From: Felis catus
Lineage: Eukaryota
NCBI RefSeq assembly: GCF_018350175.1
Contig: NC_058368.1
Location: forward strand, 105,836,001 to 105,900,000
Direction: 5' to 3'
DNA: 64,000 nucleotides
Position numbers and translations under genes: made by a program. The notes under the pieces were generated by a model. The model was not told the origin of the DNA. It worked only from the letters and a program-made list of their open reading frames with translations, and searched no databases. Numbering within the stretch: the stretch's first letter is position 1; each line of letters begins with the position of its first letter. Positions 12,560-26,653 of this stretch are shown piece after piece.

Positions 12560-13400
12560 AAATGGTTTTCTCATGTCTTCAAAGCTCATTCACCTCTCTC
12601 TTATCTCAGGGCATTTTCCTACGCATTCTCCTTTACTAAGAACTTTATTTCTCCAATTCTGAAAAGGGCTGGTTCCATCTCATCCTTCAGGCCTGCACAA
12701 GTCATTAGGGTTGCTCATCAATATCCATTTTTTTCCTTTCTTTTCAGGCACATGGAAAACTGTACGTGCCTGCCTTCTTTAAAATTACACATATCCCTGT
12801 CCTATAACTTTTTTTTTTGTGGCTAATCATATGAGAACAGATGTCATTTCCAGGCAAAAATCTTTAAACGCCGGTGTGCAAGTAACTATATCCTCCTTCT
12901 TTGCTTTGGTGACCAGGGAGGTGTGTGTTAAGATGGAGTGTCCTTTACTCTGAATCTGAGTAACCATGACGAATAAAATTCCCCTGACAACTCACACTGG
13001 GTACTTGGTCATGTAAAATGAAAAGTAACCTCTGTTTAATTAAGTAGACAAACCACAGTGATTTCATGGTTAGTCGCTACAACAGCATACCCTACACCAT
13101 CTTGACTAATACAAGGTCTGAGATTAAAAGGCATCTCTTGGGAGAGGAATTTCTTAAACCGTCATTTAAAATCCCTCTAATCCATTATCTCAGAAACCTC
13201 TTTGTTTCCTTCAGAGCATGTGTCATAATATATTTCTAAAATGCATTGTTTCTTTGTTTTAAATTTTCCTGAACAGATTATGAACACCATACAAAGCAGA
13301 TTTCAAATGCCTCAGTTATAGTGGTTTCCCTAGTACTCACAGAGCAACCAGCAGATGATATCTTCTTAGTAAATATTTGTCGAAGGAATGAATGTTTCAC
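12560..13400 (+). mobile_element. L2 3' fragment split by an MLT1 LTR
   Basis: ctcagggcatttt...ctggttccatctcatccttcagg resumes after the LTR. Ends agtaaatatttgtcgaaggaatgaatg, the L2 tail. Confidence 0.65.
12705..13112 (+). mobile_element. MLT1 (ERVL-MaLR) solo LTR
   Basis: Typical MLT1 3' terminus ..cagcataccctacaccatcttgactaataca, with internal gtcatttccaggc and aacctctgtt..ttaag. Confidence 0.7.
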
Positions 13401-14634
13401 TTCCATACTTTACAAATTTTGACACACAGTTAACATGCTTGTGCAAGAAATTCCAGTGATGACAAAGAGTTAAAATGCACAGTAATTTCTCAAAACACAT
13501 ATAAAAGTTCTAAATCTGAATGTCATATGACACACAAACTAAGTATTTTACATCTGGGACACAAATGCTTCCATTTAGACCACATTAGTTACAGGGAATT
13601 TCATATTTGTCATTAAAAAAAAAAAGGATTTCAGATAAACTCACATACAATTCATGTAAACAGGGTGTAGACTTAAATTTACTCCACAGACGAAAGGTCA
13701 TAAAAGTTATAAAGATGACATTTTATTGAAATTGTAAAGAGCACATATATTAAGCTAAAGTCCTTACTTTCCTACTGGCAATTTAATAAATGTTTCAGTC
13801 ATATTTATGACTATTTCATTTTCCACATATCTTGTGTTGCCAGGATAAAACCTTAGGAGTTCATGCTTCAATAAACCCAGACTCAAGAATCTCTTACAAA
13901 AATGAATTAAGAGTTGGCATTCACTGGAGTTCTAAATCTTCTCGTTCAACAGCCAAGGTATAAGGTAAAAATGGTTGCTGCACTAACAATCTTTGTCAGT
14001 TGCCATCCTTCTGCCAATGACTGTATATCAACCATGGATTGTTGGTGAGCGGCAGTCTATCATAGGTTTTGTGGTGTAGGTTCACGTGTCTGAGGGCTCG
14101 GCTCAGTAACATTTCAAGATCTACCTTCAAACAAGGCAAAATGCCAGCGCTACAAAGCAAACTTTAGGCTAAGTGTAGTAAAGATGAGTATTTCTATACA
14201 ATCATGCTAGATCAAAGTCAACAGCAATCATAACTACGGCAACGTAGCTTAGATTCCTACTCATTAAGAAAAATTGACTGAGAGAGCCTACAAAACCTCT
14301 GATCACATTTTCTTTGGAATATTTGTTCTTACAGAAATCATTTAGCTATATTTTCTTCTGGTTTCATTTTTTTTCTCTTTTCTGTGTCTTTCATCTCTTA
14401 TTTTCATACCTCTCATTTGTAACATTTTTTTCTTTCTATTCTATTTAAGAAATGTTTAATCAATGCATGCCTCTACACCATAATGAAGCTAAAAACCCTC
14501 GCTTTCTAATAAACCTGTTTGTTATCCATGCCATGTAATCACGAATGAAAAGGAAAAGATTTATTTTAAAAGAGAAAGGAAAAGATTTTAAAAGGAAAAT
14601 ATTTCTTCTTTATAATAATAAAAGTGTTAGAAAT

Positions 14635-14800
14635 AACTACAAAGTACTCAACATGCATCAGGCACTTCTCTAACTGCTTTGTGAATACTTCTTTATTTAC
14701 TTCTTATAGTGAGGTGGATGCAATTATTATACTCAATGCACACAGGAAGAAACAGGTTCTTAGAGGTCAGGAACTATGTTCAAAGCAATACAGCAGTGTA
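14635..14800 (-). mobile_element. MIR
   Basis: catcaggcacttctctaactgcttt...gaagaaacaggttcttagaggtcaggaact. Confidence 0.6.
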
Positions 14801-14822
14801 AAAAGTGAGAGAAAGACAGAGG

Positions 14823-14855
<33 letters not shown>

Positions 14856-14872
14856 CGCGCATGCGCGTGCGC
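14823..14872. repeat. Compound (GT)n(GC)n microsatellite
   Basis: 50 bp of uninterrupted purine-pyrimidine alternation. Confidence 0.95.
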
Positions 14873-14998
14873 TAAGTTATAATGCATGATATGCAGAATA
14901 ACACAGTATAAAACAGTGGTATAGTACATAAGAGCAGGCTTGGGAGGTCTGTTTTCTAATCTCAAGGCCATCATGTATTAGCTTCCTTATACCAATTT

Positions 14999-15208
14999 TT
15001 TTTTTCAACGTTTATTTATTTTTGGGACAGAGAGAGACAGAGCATGAACGGGGGAGGGGCAGAGAGAGAGGGAGACACAGAATCAGAAACAGGCTCCAGG
15101 CTCCGAGCCATCAGCCCAGAGCCCGACGCGGGGCTCGAACTCACAGACTGCGAGATCGTGAACTGGCTGAAGTCGGACGCTTAACCGACTGCGCCACCCA
15201 GGCGCCCC
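14999..15208 (-). mobile_element. Young feline CAN-SINE
   Basis: 19-bp TSD agcttccttataccaattt at 14980-14998 and 15210-15228. Confidence 0.97.
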
Positions 15209-16724
15209 AAGCTTCCTTATACCAATTTAGTGACATTGGTTCTAAGTAAAAGATAGCTGATTATCATAACATAATTTAAACATGACTCTAATAACTTTTT
15301 ATGATCAGCATTTTCTGAGTATTGTACAAGGAACATGCATTATTTTATTGTCAAAAAATCATTATAAAAAAGTAATTTTATTATGGGGATGATATGGCAT
15401 TAGAGCCATACCCAGATAAAACATTAGGAAGGAAAACTGACCAATTTCATATCAACTTTATTTCAATGTATGTAAGCCATATGTATGGTGAGAAAGGCTT
15501 ATGAAAAAGTAACTGTTGGTCATGGGAATGCACTGGCATTACTGAAGGCAAAATCAACACTCCTAGGATGAATCATGGAAACCACAGCAAATGCAAAAAG
15601 AACCAAAGCAGAAGAATAATAAAAATCTCCACCTGTTTCTTAAAATTCCATAACCTATTCAAACAGAAACTGAAAAACAAGAGTTTACTCCTTCATACTT
15701 GAAAATACTTGATGTACTACTTGATGTTCTACTTGAGTAGAAATATCAATGCCCAGGCTGAGACAGTAAGTATAGACAGTAATACATGTACGATCACATG
15801 GGTTGATGTACCCAGGGATACACTTCATCTCTAACTTCACCCATTTAGGTCCAGGTATACAATTTAGTATTAGCAGTAACAAATATAGAAACAATAGCAA
15901 TTTTTCTACTTAATGGAGTAATGGCTTCTATGAAAAGGAAAGTTTACTCATTAATTCCTTAACCACAGGTGACACAAACATCTTGAAATGTATTTTCCTT
16001 GTAAGTATGAAGTGATCCTGAGTTTTTGCGAATCTATTTCCATAATTGTTATCTGATCCAATACGCAGAAAAACCTTCACCACAGGCAGTGGCTTCGATT
16101 ATGTAACTGATGAGGATTACACCTTATATTCAGAGTAGATGATAAATGAGTTTAACAGAGAGAAACTCATGCTGTCAATTTCGAGTTAAAAAGACAAGGA
16201 GCAAAAACTTTTAGTTGCAATTAAGATAGCTTACATAAACACAGTCTGTACTAGTTTTAAAACCGTCTTTTACAAGTTTAAATCTTTTGAAAAGGACAGC
16301 AAGCTATTTACTTTCTAAAGCATAACTGGAATTTTTTGAGAAAACATTTATTTTTCTGCAGTGCAACCAAACGTTCTTAAGACATTGTAAGATATGCAGA
16401 GGCATTAATACAAACGGAGATAACTGTGATTTACTGAGAACAAAGGCAGGTTATTGGCAAGAGCACTGCTGGCATGCTTCCTTGCAAGACCAGGTGGCAA
16501 CAGAGCTTAGGGAATAATCACATTTTGTCCATACAGGAACTAGAACAAGTGAAAACTTCCAGGGCTACTATGTTATTAATGCTACCATAGCCCAATACAA
16601 GCTACAAGCCTAATGGCATTGGCACGATGTTGCCAAGCATTTCATAGATAATATTCTTACTGTTGTCTTAGACAATATTCTTACTAAATATTACTACTAT
16701 TTATTAATATTCTTGCATTTTAAA

Positions 16725-16915
16725 GAATGTTTGTTTACTTATTTATTTTGAGAGAGAGTACACACACACACGGGGGAGGGGCACAGAGAAAAGGAGAGAG
16801 AGGATCCCAAACAAGCTCTGTACTATGAGCCCAATGCCGAGCTCAAACCCATAGGGTGAGATAGGGTGGGATAAGGAGCTGAACTCGGACTCTTAACTGA
16901 CTGAGCCACCCTAGC
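16725..16915 (-). mobile_element. Older CAN-SINE
   Basis: tttattttgagagagag...cttaactgactgagccacc, diverged. Confidence 0.8.
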
Positions 16916-17033
16916 CACTCCTGCCACCAACTTTAAAGGTGAAAAAGCCACTTCTGAATGATGGTCGGGTTTTTTCTCAACCTGAACCAAGATTATTCTA
17001 ATATTTAAATTCTACTGAGGGAATTCATGTGAG

Positions 17034-17234
17034 TTTGTTTTTTGAGAACGAGGGAAAGAGAGAGTGCATGCACACGCAAGTGGGGGAGGAACAGAGAGAC
17101 AGAGAGAGGGAGAAAGAATGTCAACCACACCTGGCTTGGAGAAAAAAGTGGGGCTTGATCTCTCTGCCTTGAGATCATGACGAGACGGGAAATCAAGAGT
17201 CTGACGCTTAACCAACTGAGCCGCCGGGGCACCT
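17034..17234 (-). mobile_element. Older CAN-SINE
   Basis: gaaatcaagagtctgacgcttaaccaactgagcc..ggcacc. Confidence 0.8.
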
Positions 17235-18039
17235 CCAATGCAAGTTAAAAAAAAAATCCTTTTTTTGAGCCACTCTATCACACCTCTTATCATAATGGCA
17301 TAATCATCTTTTGAGTTTGATCTCTGACCTACCAATTTTATGAAGTTACTACTTTATAACTTGCATAAAGTTTCTCTCCCACTAATATCAGTTAAAGGGT
17401 TTGAGATTCATGCCTAAATGACACGACATTTGCCTTCCCGCTCATTTTTTCAAAATTAGAAATGCTCACCCAAACTGCAATTATTTAGTAAAAATAATGT
17501 TAACATGACTTCATTTTTGTTTCTGCCAGGAGTCCTCTTGCTTTTTCTTAAATACAGTTTTATCGTTCACCATAACCTGAAATGTCCTCATTTAAAAGGG
17601 GGAAACACTTTTACTCAGCCAAGAACCATTTCCTCTTTCATTGCCCAAGAGCTGCTTATTTCTAAAGGTCAAAAAGAAATCAGCCATGTAGGTAATAAAT
17701 GCATTCAAGGAGACCTGTGGATTACATCACACCTGTCCTATATGAACATCTAGTCACATAGCTACGTGCAAGAGGTTCCATGACATTCAGTCCATATTTA
17801 ATAAAGAAGGCTAAGGTTGCATTAAAATATATAAATATTTATCTACTGGTATATAAGAAAAGCAGGTAGTTTGGACAAAACTTCATTTTGAAATAAAAGT
17901 GAAGTGTAAAAATGTACAATGTCCAGTGTAAGGTACTACAATGAAAAAGAATACAAAAAAAAAAAAACAGTAAAAATAAGTTTACATTAAACAAACATTT
18001 TCCCCAACTGAGTAGTACATGGATTTCACCATTTCATTT

Positions 18040-18237
18040 AGTTTTTATTTTTTTGAGGAAGAGAGAGAGAGAGAACACACACAAGCAGGGGAGGGTTAGA
18101 GGGAGAGAGAGAGAGAATCTTAAACAGGCTCCATGTTCAGGGTGGAGCCCAATGCAGGGCTTGATCTCACAAGCCTGCGACCATGACCTAAACCGAAATC
18201 AAGAGCCAGACCCTTAACTAAGTCACCCAGGCACCCC
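18040..18237 (-). mobile_element. Older CAN-SINE
   Basis: ccgaaatcaagagccagacccttaactaagtcacccaggcaccc. Confidence 0.85.
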
Positions 18238-18244
18238 TCACCAT

Positions 18245-20090
18245 CTTAATTACTAGAGATCTGAGGATACAAAGACAAATAAAACACGAGGACTGGCCCT
18301 GACATGCTTACAGTCTGCGAAGGCAAACACTCTGATAAATACAGAAATGGCGAATGTCAGATGTGTATACAGTAAGCACAATGGGAGAATGAAGTGGGAT
18401 GACTGGTTCTAGTCGTGAAGCACTGTAGTGGGAAATCCAGGCAGAAGAGCAGTAATACAAAGGCAAAGGGTGAAAACGGAAGGCATCTTTGGAAAAGAAA
18501 GTCACTCCATGCTGGAGGAGTAGGGTGTGTGCTGGGGAGAGGGAGGGGGAGGAAATGATCAACATGAAGGCAAAAGGGCAATCAATAGTGATAGTAACTG
18601 CTAACAACTTCTGAGCACTCGATAGGTTTTAGGCACTGGAGACGCACTGGCCATGCACCATGTCAGGGCCGTTTCACAACTCGCCAGAGAGGATGATCCT
18701 CCTACAATCTAAGGTTCAGACGTGCAATCACACCTAATGGTGTGCAATCACACAGAAAGGGCCTTCCATGTCAAGTTAAGAAATGGGGATTTTACCACAT
18801 ACTAAGAGGAAGCCAATGAAAATTTTTGGTTATGTGAGTATCTTAGAAAATTCCTTAACTGGAAAGGATGAAGAAGAAAATAAACTCTGAAAGCTGTAGG
18901 ATACTGAAATAAAGGTGGCTGTTGAAAAGGACCAGGAAAGAGAAAGGGGCCTGAACTAAAGCAGTGGCATTATACTGAAGAGAAGGGTGTTGATTTGGAG
19001 TGATGCTTCTTTTTTTTTTTCCTGCCTATTTATTTATTTTAATATAATTTATTGTCAAATTGGCTAGCATACAGTGTGTAAAGTGTGCTCTTGGTTTTTA
19101 GGGTAGATTCCCATGTTCATCGCTTATACATAACACCCAGTGCTCATCCCAACAAGCGCCCTCCTCAATGCCCATCCCCCATTTTCCCCTCTCCCTTACC
19201 CACCGGCCCCACCATCCACCCTCAGTTTGTTCTCTGTATTTGAGAGTCTCTTATGGTTTGCCTCCCTTCCTCTCTGTTTCTACTTTTTTCCCCCTTCTCT
19301 TCCTCCATGGTCTTCTGTTCAGTTTCCCAAGCTCCACATATGAGTGAACACATATGGTATCTGTCCTTCTCTGCCTGACTTATTTGACTCAGCATAATAC
19401 CTTCCAGTTCCATCCACGTTGCTGCAAATGCATGACTTCACTCTTTCTCATTGCCAAGTAGTATTCTGTTGTATGTATAAACCACATCTTCTTTATTCAT
19501 TCATCAGTTGATGGACATTTAGGCTCTTTCCATAATTTGGCTATTGTTGATAACGCTGCTGTTAAACATTGGGGTGCATGTGCCCCTATAAAGCAGCATT
19601 CCTGTATCCCTTGGATAAATTCCTACTAGTGCTACTGCTGGGTCGCTGAGTAATTCTATTTTTAATTTTTTGAGGAACCTCCACACTGTTTTCCAGAGTG
19701 GCATGCAGTGACATTTCAAGGGTGGAATGGACAGGACTCAGTGACAGATCTGGGTGGAGGTGGAGTGATAAGGTATCAGGAATCCCCACTGAGGTTTTTA
19801 GCTTAGATGATGGGGTGAATGCTGACGACTTTATCTGACATAAAGGAAGATGGAGACAAAAGCAGAGTTCTGAGAAAGGGCCTCCGCTTCAGTGAAAGAC
19901 AGGTCACACCCATGGGGTAAACAATTCTGCTGAGCACACAATAGCAAATATGGTCTGAGACGCACAGTATAAGCTGAAGACAGAGATCTCAGAGGAATGG
20001 GTGGAAAGTAAAACCGAGGGATGAAGTGACATAGCTAAGGGAGAAACGGCCCAAGGGAAGAATCAGAGAGGGAATAACAATATTTGATGG
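18245..20090 (-). mobile_element. L2 fragments interrupted by a MIR (about 18590-18750) and an L1 (19010-19706)
   Basis: Purine-rich antisense L2 phrases (ggccctgacatgcttacagtct, ggggcctgaactaaagcagtggca, aggtttttagcttagatga). Confidence 0.6.
19010..19706 (-). mobile_element. Carnivore L1 3' end, 5'-truncated
   Basis: ORF2p C-terminal peptides LWKTVWRFLKKLKIEL and MELEGIMLSQISQAEKDRYHM. Poly-T at 19010. Decayed TSD agtgatgcttc / agtgacatttc. Confidence 0.95.
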
Positions 20091-21121
20091 ACAAAGAGAT
20101 GCTTTCTTTAACACCGGGTCATAAAGGAAGAACGCTGATGAATCAGAATATAAAATATTAACAGGACAAATTTTTGTACACAGAACACAGGGAAGAAAAT
20201 GGCAGCGTGAAGAGCTCTACTAACCTGGTCCCCAGGCAAACAACCACAACTGTTACAAGATATATTCAAAACCGAGTATTTTAAGTCTCTGAATATTGCC
20301 CTAAGGGCATACAGCACACAAAGACAAGTTATCCAAGAAAACCCATTCATCTTGCAGAGAAGAGCAAGGGTGTGTGTCATTGGAGCCATACTTTGCTTCC
20401 TCTTTCCCAAAGCCTCAGTTGAGTAGAATGCAGGCTCCAATACAGGCAGACATGGTCAATCAAATGGGGCTCCCTCTCCCATTCAGCTCTCAGTCAAGAG
20501 CTGCAGGATCTCTCCAGACGGCGCAGGCTGCCAGTATCACAGCCCTCAGCTTCCTGTTGCAGAGGCTAAATTCCAAGATAGTGTGGCAGATGGGCTGGGG
20601 AGCCCCTTTCTTTACCCAACCCCACTCATGAGGTGGAAACTCTAACCCAGGTGCAGGAGGCAAAGAATACTGGGCCCTTTATTACCACTGCCCCTGTATA
20701 CTGAGAGGTAAGAAGCTCCATGCCAGGAGAGGCAAGGTGAACAGATCGGAGGCTACGAAGCCCACACAGCATCCTACTCATAAAATAAGATGTCACTCCC
20801 TGACAGACCACCGTCCCCACCTCCAATCCACAGCAGTGGCTCAGAGATTTTGTCCAGAGAGAGAGAGAGGCCGTAAGAACAAACAGATCTGAAACTCTCT
20901 TCAAAAGAACTGACCTTATTTAGAACAGATAAAGTGGGTAAGTTCAAACCTCTGTTGAAAACAACAGAGATGTGAATAGTATGCAACTTAAGAGCAGGAA
21001 GGGTAGCTCCAGGAGGGGAATACACTAAACCGCAGGCCAGCTAATTTATCAGAAGGAACCTGATTGAGAGACAATTTAAGAGTCCTCCTGGAGTCAGAAG
21101 AAAGCTTAAAAAATGAACCTT

Positions 21122-21283
21122 GGGGTGCCTGGCTGACTCCGTCAATTAAGTGTCCGACTTCAGCTCAGGTCATGATCTTGCAGTTTGTGAGCTCAAGCCC
21201 CACATCAGGCTCTGTGCTGACAGCTCAGGCTGGAGCCTGCTTTGGATTCTGTCTTCCTCTGTCTCTGCCCCTACCCAGCTTGT

Positions 21284-21326
<43 letters not shown>

Positions 21327-21392
21327 AACAAAACAAACAACCACAACCACAAAAAAAAAAAAAAAAAACAGAAACACATTAAAAAATTAAAA
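21122..21392 (+). mobile_element. CAN-SINE with long (CT)n and A-tail
   Basis: TSD aaaaaatgaacct at 21108-21120 and 21393-21405. Confidence 0.95.
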
Positions 21393-23605
21393 AAAAAATG
21401 AACCTCAAAACCTACTCCTGGAAATTGGCCTAAATTTAATTGGACTGGATTGTAGAGTAACATATGCCCCAGGGCACTGCTTAAAAAAAAAAAAAGCAAT
21501 CAGTAGGCAATTACTGGAGCCTAATAGTTGGAGTGAGGCCAACAAAAGCTGACAGCTTGAGAGACGAAGGACAGTCAAAAGGAGCCCAGCTTACAGCACT
21601 GTAAGGGTCACTTACAGCACTGTCACTCTGGGGCTGAGTCTGCATGCGCCTATGATTGTGCCCTCTGAGGAGCAATGTCAGAGGCTTCACATCAGAGGGG
21701 CAACAGGCCTCGCTATGCAAACTCAGACAAGTCACTGAATAAGCAAGGAAACAATAACATCAAGCCCCTGGGGGGCACATATCAAGAGCTGGGACAGTAT
21801 ATTCTCTTAAATGTCCAGTTTTCAACAAAATATTCAGGACCTGGAAAGACACAGGAAAGCATAATCAATGATATCCAGAGGGAACAAAAAGCAAGCAACA
21901 GAAATGGCATGAGAGGACTCAGATGTCAGGCTTTACAAAGACTGTAGACAGCATTATAAACATGTTCCAAAAGCCAAATGGAAACCCCAAAGCAAAGCAA
22001 GGTATGAGGATAATGTCTCACTGAAGAGAGAGTATCAACAAAAAATTATCAAAGAGAATCAAAGAGAAAATCTAGAGTTAGAGATTATAATAACTGAAAT
22101 GAAACATTCTCTAGATGGGAGGAAGAATAGATTTGAAGTGGCAAAAGGAACAACCTGTGAACTTGGTGAGAGATCAATAGAAGCCATATAATTTGAAGAG
22201 TAGAAGGGGGAAAAAAAGAATGAAGAAAAGTAAGAGAGCCTCAGAGAAATGTGTGACACCATGAAACACACCAATATAGGTATAAAGGAAGTACCAACAG
22301 AAAAGGAGAGAAAAGACCAGAAAAACAATATTAAAAGAATAGCAGAAACTTTCTGTCCTTGATGAAAACTATTAACCCATACCTATGAGAAGTTTAACAA
22401 ACTCCTAATAGTATAACTGCAAAGAGATCCACAGTAAAAACTTTAAAGAGAAAATCTTAAAATCAGCAGAAGAAAAACAATTCCTTGTATTTAAGGGAAC
22501 CCACAATACATTTAATAGCTAACTACTTACAAGAAACAGTTGAGGTCAGGAGGCCTTAAGACACTGGAAAAAGAAGCATAAATTAAACCTAAAGCAAGCA
22601 AAAAAAAAAAAAAGGAAAGAATAAAGAAAGATCAGAGCACACATTAATGTAATACAAAAGAGAAAACTAAGAGAGAAAATCAATGAAACCAACAGTTGGT
22701 TCTTTGAAAAGATAAGATTGCCAAGCTTTTAGCGAGGCTGACCAAGAAAAGATTCAAGTTACTAACATCAAGAATTAAAAAGGGGGAATTACAATTGATA
22801 CTACAAAGAAAAAACAAAACAAAAAACGCTTATAAAGTAACACTATGAGTATGAACAACAGTGTGCCAACAAATGAAATATATGAAATAGAAAAATTTCT
22901 TGAGATACACAAACTGCCAAAAGTTACTCTAGAATAATTAGAAAGTCTGACTGGACCTGTAACAGGTAAAGGGGTTGACTTAGTAATCAAAAAACTACGC
23001 ATAAAGAAAGGCCCAGGCCCAGGCTTCACTGGTGAATTCTACACATTTAAGTATTAATGCCAATTTTCCACAAACTCTATCAAAAATCCTAAGAGGTAGG
23101 AACACTTTTTAACTTATTCTGTGAGGCCACTATTACTGATACCAAAACCAAATAAAGACATCACAAGAAAAAGGCAACGGCAGACCAATAACCTTTCTGA
23201 ATAGAAACACAAAAATCCTCAATTAAAAAATACCAGCTGAGTTTAGCAACATATAAAAAGGACTGCATGCTATGACCAAGTGAAATTTACACAAGGAAGG
23301 CACGGTTGGTTCAACATATGGAAATCAATCACTGTAATACACCACCATCAATGAAATAAACAATAAAAATAACCTTATCATCTAAGACAGAAAAAGCATT
23401 TGACAAAATCCAACACTCTTTCATGGTAAAAACACTTTAATCACTAGGAATGGAAGGGAATTTTTCCTCATCCTTTTATAATAAAAAGTAAAGATAAAGG
23501 CCATCGGAAAAAAAATAAACAAACAAAAAACTAAACAAACAAAAAACCAGTTACACCATACTTAATGGTGAAAGGCTGGGTGCCCTTAATATCAGGAATA
23601 CGACT

Positions 23606-23812
23606 GAGGTGCCTGGGTGACTCAGTCAGTTAAGCATCTGACTTGTGACTTCAGCTCAGGTCATGATCTCACAGTTTGTGAGTTCAAGCCCTTCATCAGG
23701 TGCTGCACTGACAGTGGGGAGTCTGCTTGGGACTCTTTGTCTCCTCTTTCTCTGCTTCTCCCCCACTTGTGCTCTCTTTCTCTCAAAAATAAATAATCTT
23801 AGAAAAAAAAAA
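23606..23812 (+). mobile_element. CAN-SINE inserted in old L1 ORF2
   Basis: TSD atcaggaatacgac / atcaggaatatgac, differing by one CpG transition. Confidence 0.92.
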
Positions 23813-26653
23813 GATCAGGAATATGACAAGAATGTCTACTCTTAATAGCTTTATTTGACACTGCTGTGGAGGAAATGAAAGGCATAATATTGAGAGAATT
23901 GATTATTGAAATACCGAAAAGAAAGAAAACTATTTGCACATGACATGATCTTACAAAAATATAAAATCCTAAATTGTCCACTAAAAAACACTAGAATTAA
24001 TAACTCCTGCAAAGTTGCAGGACATAAGATCTATACACACAAAAAAAGTCAATTTTATTTCTATACACTAGCAATAAACCATTTAAAAATGAAACAAAAC
24101 AATTCCATTTGCAATAGCATCAAAAAATACCTAAGAACAAATTTAACATAAGAAATGTAAAGTTTATGCCCTGAAAACTACAAAACAGTGTTGAAAGAAA
24201 TAAAAGGACATGCAAATAAATAAAAAGGATATACTATGAAAGAGAGAAGAAAAAGAGCAAATGAAACAATCATTTTAGGACACTGTGGGATACCCTTTCC
24301 TAAATGCCTCAATAAATATAAATAAGGAGGGGGAGGAGGTGCTTGGCTTTGAGTGATTGTAAGCCCGAGAGCCAAGATTCCTAGGGCAGAGGGATGTCAA
24401 CACCTAGAATGCCAAATACTAGGCTTAAGAGAATTTAACATGTGACACATATGAACGTGCTGTGGATGATCACACCCAAGAAATCCCAAATCCTGAAAGA
24501 CTTGTGAGCCAAATTTCCTTAGGCCACTATGAACCGTGAGCTGTATTTCACAGACCCAGTTTGGTAATCACCATAAATCTAGCCTCAGATGAATGAAAAC
24601 TAAAGTGTACGGTCCTAGAGTCCACTTCAAAGTTCTCAGAAATTCCCTGAATCACTACCTACTGTGCTTAATTGGTTAAGTAATTCCTTTATTTAAGGTT
24701 TTGCTTTACTGTCATCCTAATGGGCGTGAAGATAGACTGAACCATTCAGAACCACTCTGTACTAGCCCAGGGCGGCTGTAGTCCCTGGGTGGGGTAATCC
24801 ACAATACAGTCATCTAGAATTCTACATCTAGAATTGCAAAGTTAAGTGTCTCAAGAAAAAGAGGCATGTTTTCTAGATCACAGTCGTATCACTGAGCTAA
24901 GGGTAAGGGCAGAGCTAATACTGCCAGATCCTCTATGCTGTAATATTTGAAATAAACAACACAAAAATCTCCAAACAGGTTTGAATTCGGTGACTGGATG
25001 CGTTCGTTTCATAATTCTAGTAATTAAATCCTACAAAATATTTCTTAGGCATTTGTACCAAGCAAGGTACCAAATTCTTTACATATGTTACAGTATATAC
25101 ACTCTGTGAAATAACTCAGAATTCCTTATCCTTAGGTCAATCTCTCCCTTTCTAGCACTTATCAGGCACCAAGCTGGCCACAGAGTAGGCATCCAGAGGA
25201 AGACAGTAAGACTTAAGAGAGTTCTGTTAGAAAGGAAAAGCAAAAGCAAAGTCTGATCCCTTCATCCTTAAGAGCACTGTGAAAATCGGACGGAGGCAGG
25301 AGGGACCCACATAAGAAGCCCAGAGTGGAGACAGCATGTTAGATACGTTAAAGGAAATTCAGAGGGCACAGCACATGTACCTTCCCCTTGGAATTCCAGG
25401 AAGAGGCCCACACGAATCTGAATCTGAGGATGACCACATCAAAGTGGTTCCTGCCTGGCCCCATGGGAACGGGGAAGGTACTGGAAGGTCTCGCCAGATC
25501 TTCTGCAAACTCACATATATACTCCTGATCATACTTAACTAATAAGCAGAAAAGCCTTTAAACATCTCCCCACAGAGTTCTGGGTTTAATTAATGCATAT
25601 AATACTTTCCACTGGGACTCCCCAGCGTACCTTCCTCATCTCCTTTGGCACTCTCTGCTCAGCGGCTCTTTCATCTGTTTTGGTTCTGGCTCAAGGTTTT
25701 TTCCTGAAGGGCCATGTGCCTGAAAAATGCTGTTCAGTATTCGCTGGCTCTGGCAAAGCCCTCCAAACTGTCTGTTTATCAAACAGCTTTTCAGATACCA
25801 CCTACTTCACAAATCACTCCTGAAATAATTAAAACAAAGACATGGAATCCCTCTGGCTCTCACTCAGATGCAGAGAAACTACACTTACTTAGTTCTGCAG
25901 AGTTATAAGCGACAAGAGATACCTAGTTGTGTAGTGAGAAATGAATACTTATGGATGCCAGTAATTATTCTAAAAAGAGGAAGTTTATAAAGTATTATAT
26001 GAAAAGTACTATATGAAAAATATGTAATGTTACACCTCTGTCTACATTTCACTGTAATCCACACTAGAATAATCGCATGATAATCTACAAAACTATAATG
26101 TTATCATTGACTAAGCTATAGGGTTTAACTTTAGCAAGATGTGATGTCATACGGGTGCTTCAAACAAGTGAAATTTGTCTTTAAAAAAAAAAAAACTAAA
26201 TAAAAGTTCAGTTTTCTACATAGGATTTTAAGAGAATATTTGGATTATTACTTAATTTTCCATATAGTAACCACGCCAAGATTTAAAGCCATTCTAAACA
26301 TTGTTGGTTCAGTTTTGCCCACGGTAGGGAATGTACACTTCTTACTGAGGTCACCAGAATTTAAAAATATGTGACATGGAGAAAAACTTAAGATAAAGTT
26401 GACTATTTTCAAATCCAATTTTGCCACATCAGAGGGAAGCAAAGCCTACTCTAATAATGGAATTTTAATACATTATAAATCTGTTCAAAAGAATCCAGTA
26501 GTAAATTTTATCCAGAATGGCTTCATTTAGGGCTCTAAAGGTAACAACTGAATTAATGGATACAATTTTGAAGATACTTTAAGAAATGATTCCTCAGATT
26601 TGTCTAACTATAAAAAAAGTCCAGGATATTTTGTAAGGACTTCATGATAAACC

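Larger units (their letters stand above)
20630..24240 (+). mobile_element. Ancient L1 (L1MC/MD-like): 5' region, ORF1 and ORF2 remnants with deletions
   Basis: ORF2-like sequence (aatcaatgaaaccaacagttggttctttgaaaagataa; ccaggc..ggcttcactggtgaattcta; gaaaaagcatttgacaaaatccaaca) with multiple stops. Confidence 0.8.

Noticed and set aside
16484..16640. CTCF-like gaccaggtggcaac and NFI-like ttggca..tgccaa
   Set aside because: Key CTCF positions mismatch and the NFI spacing is wrong; expected by chance.
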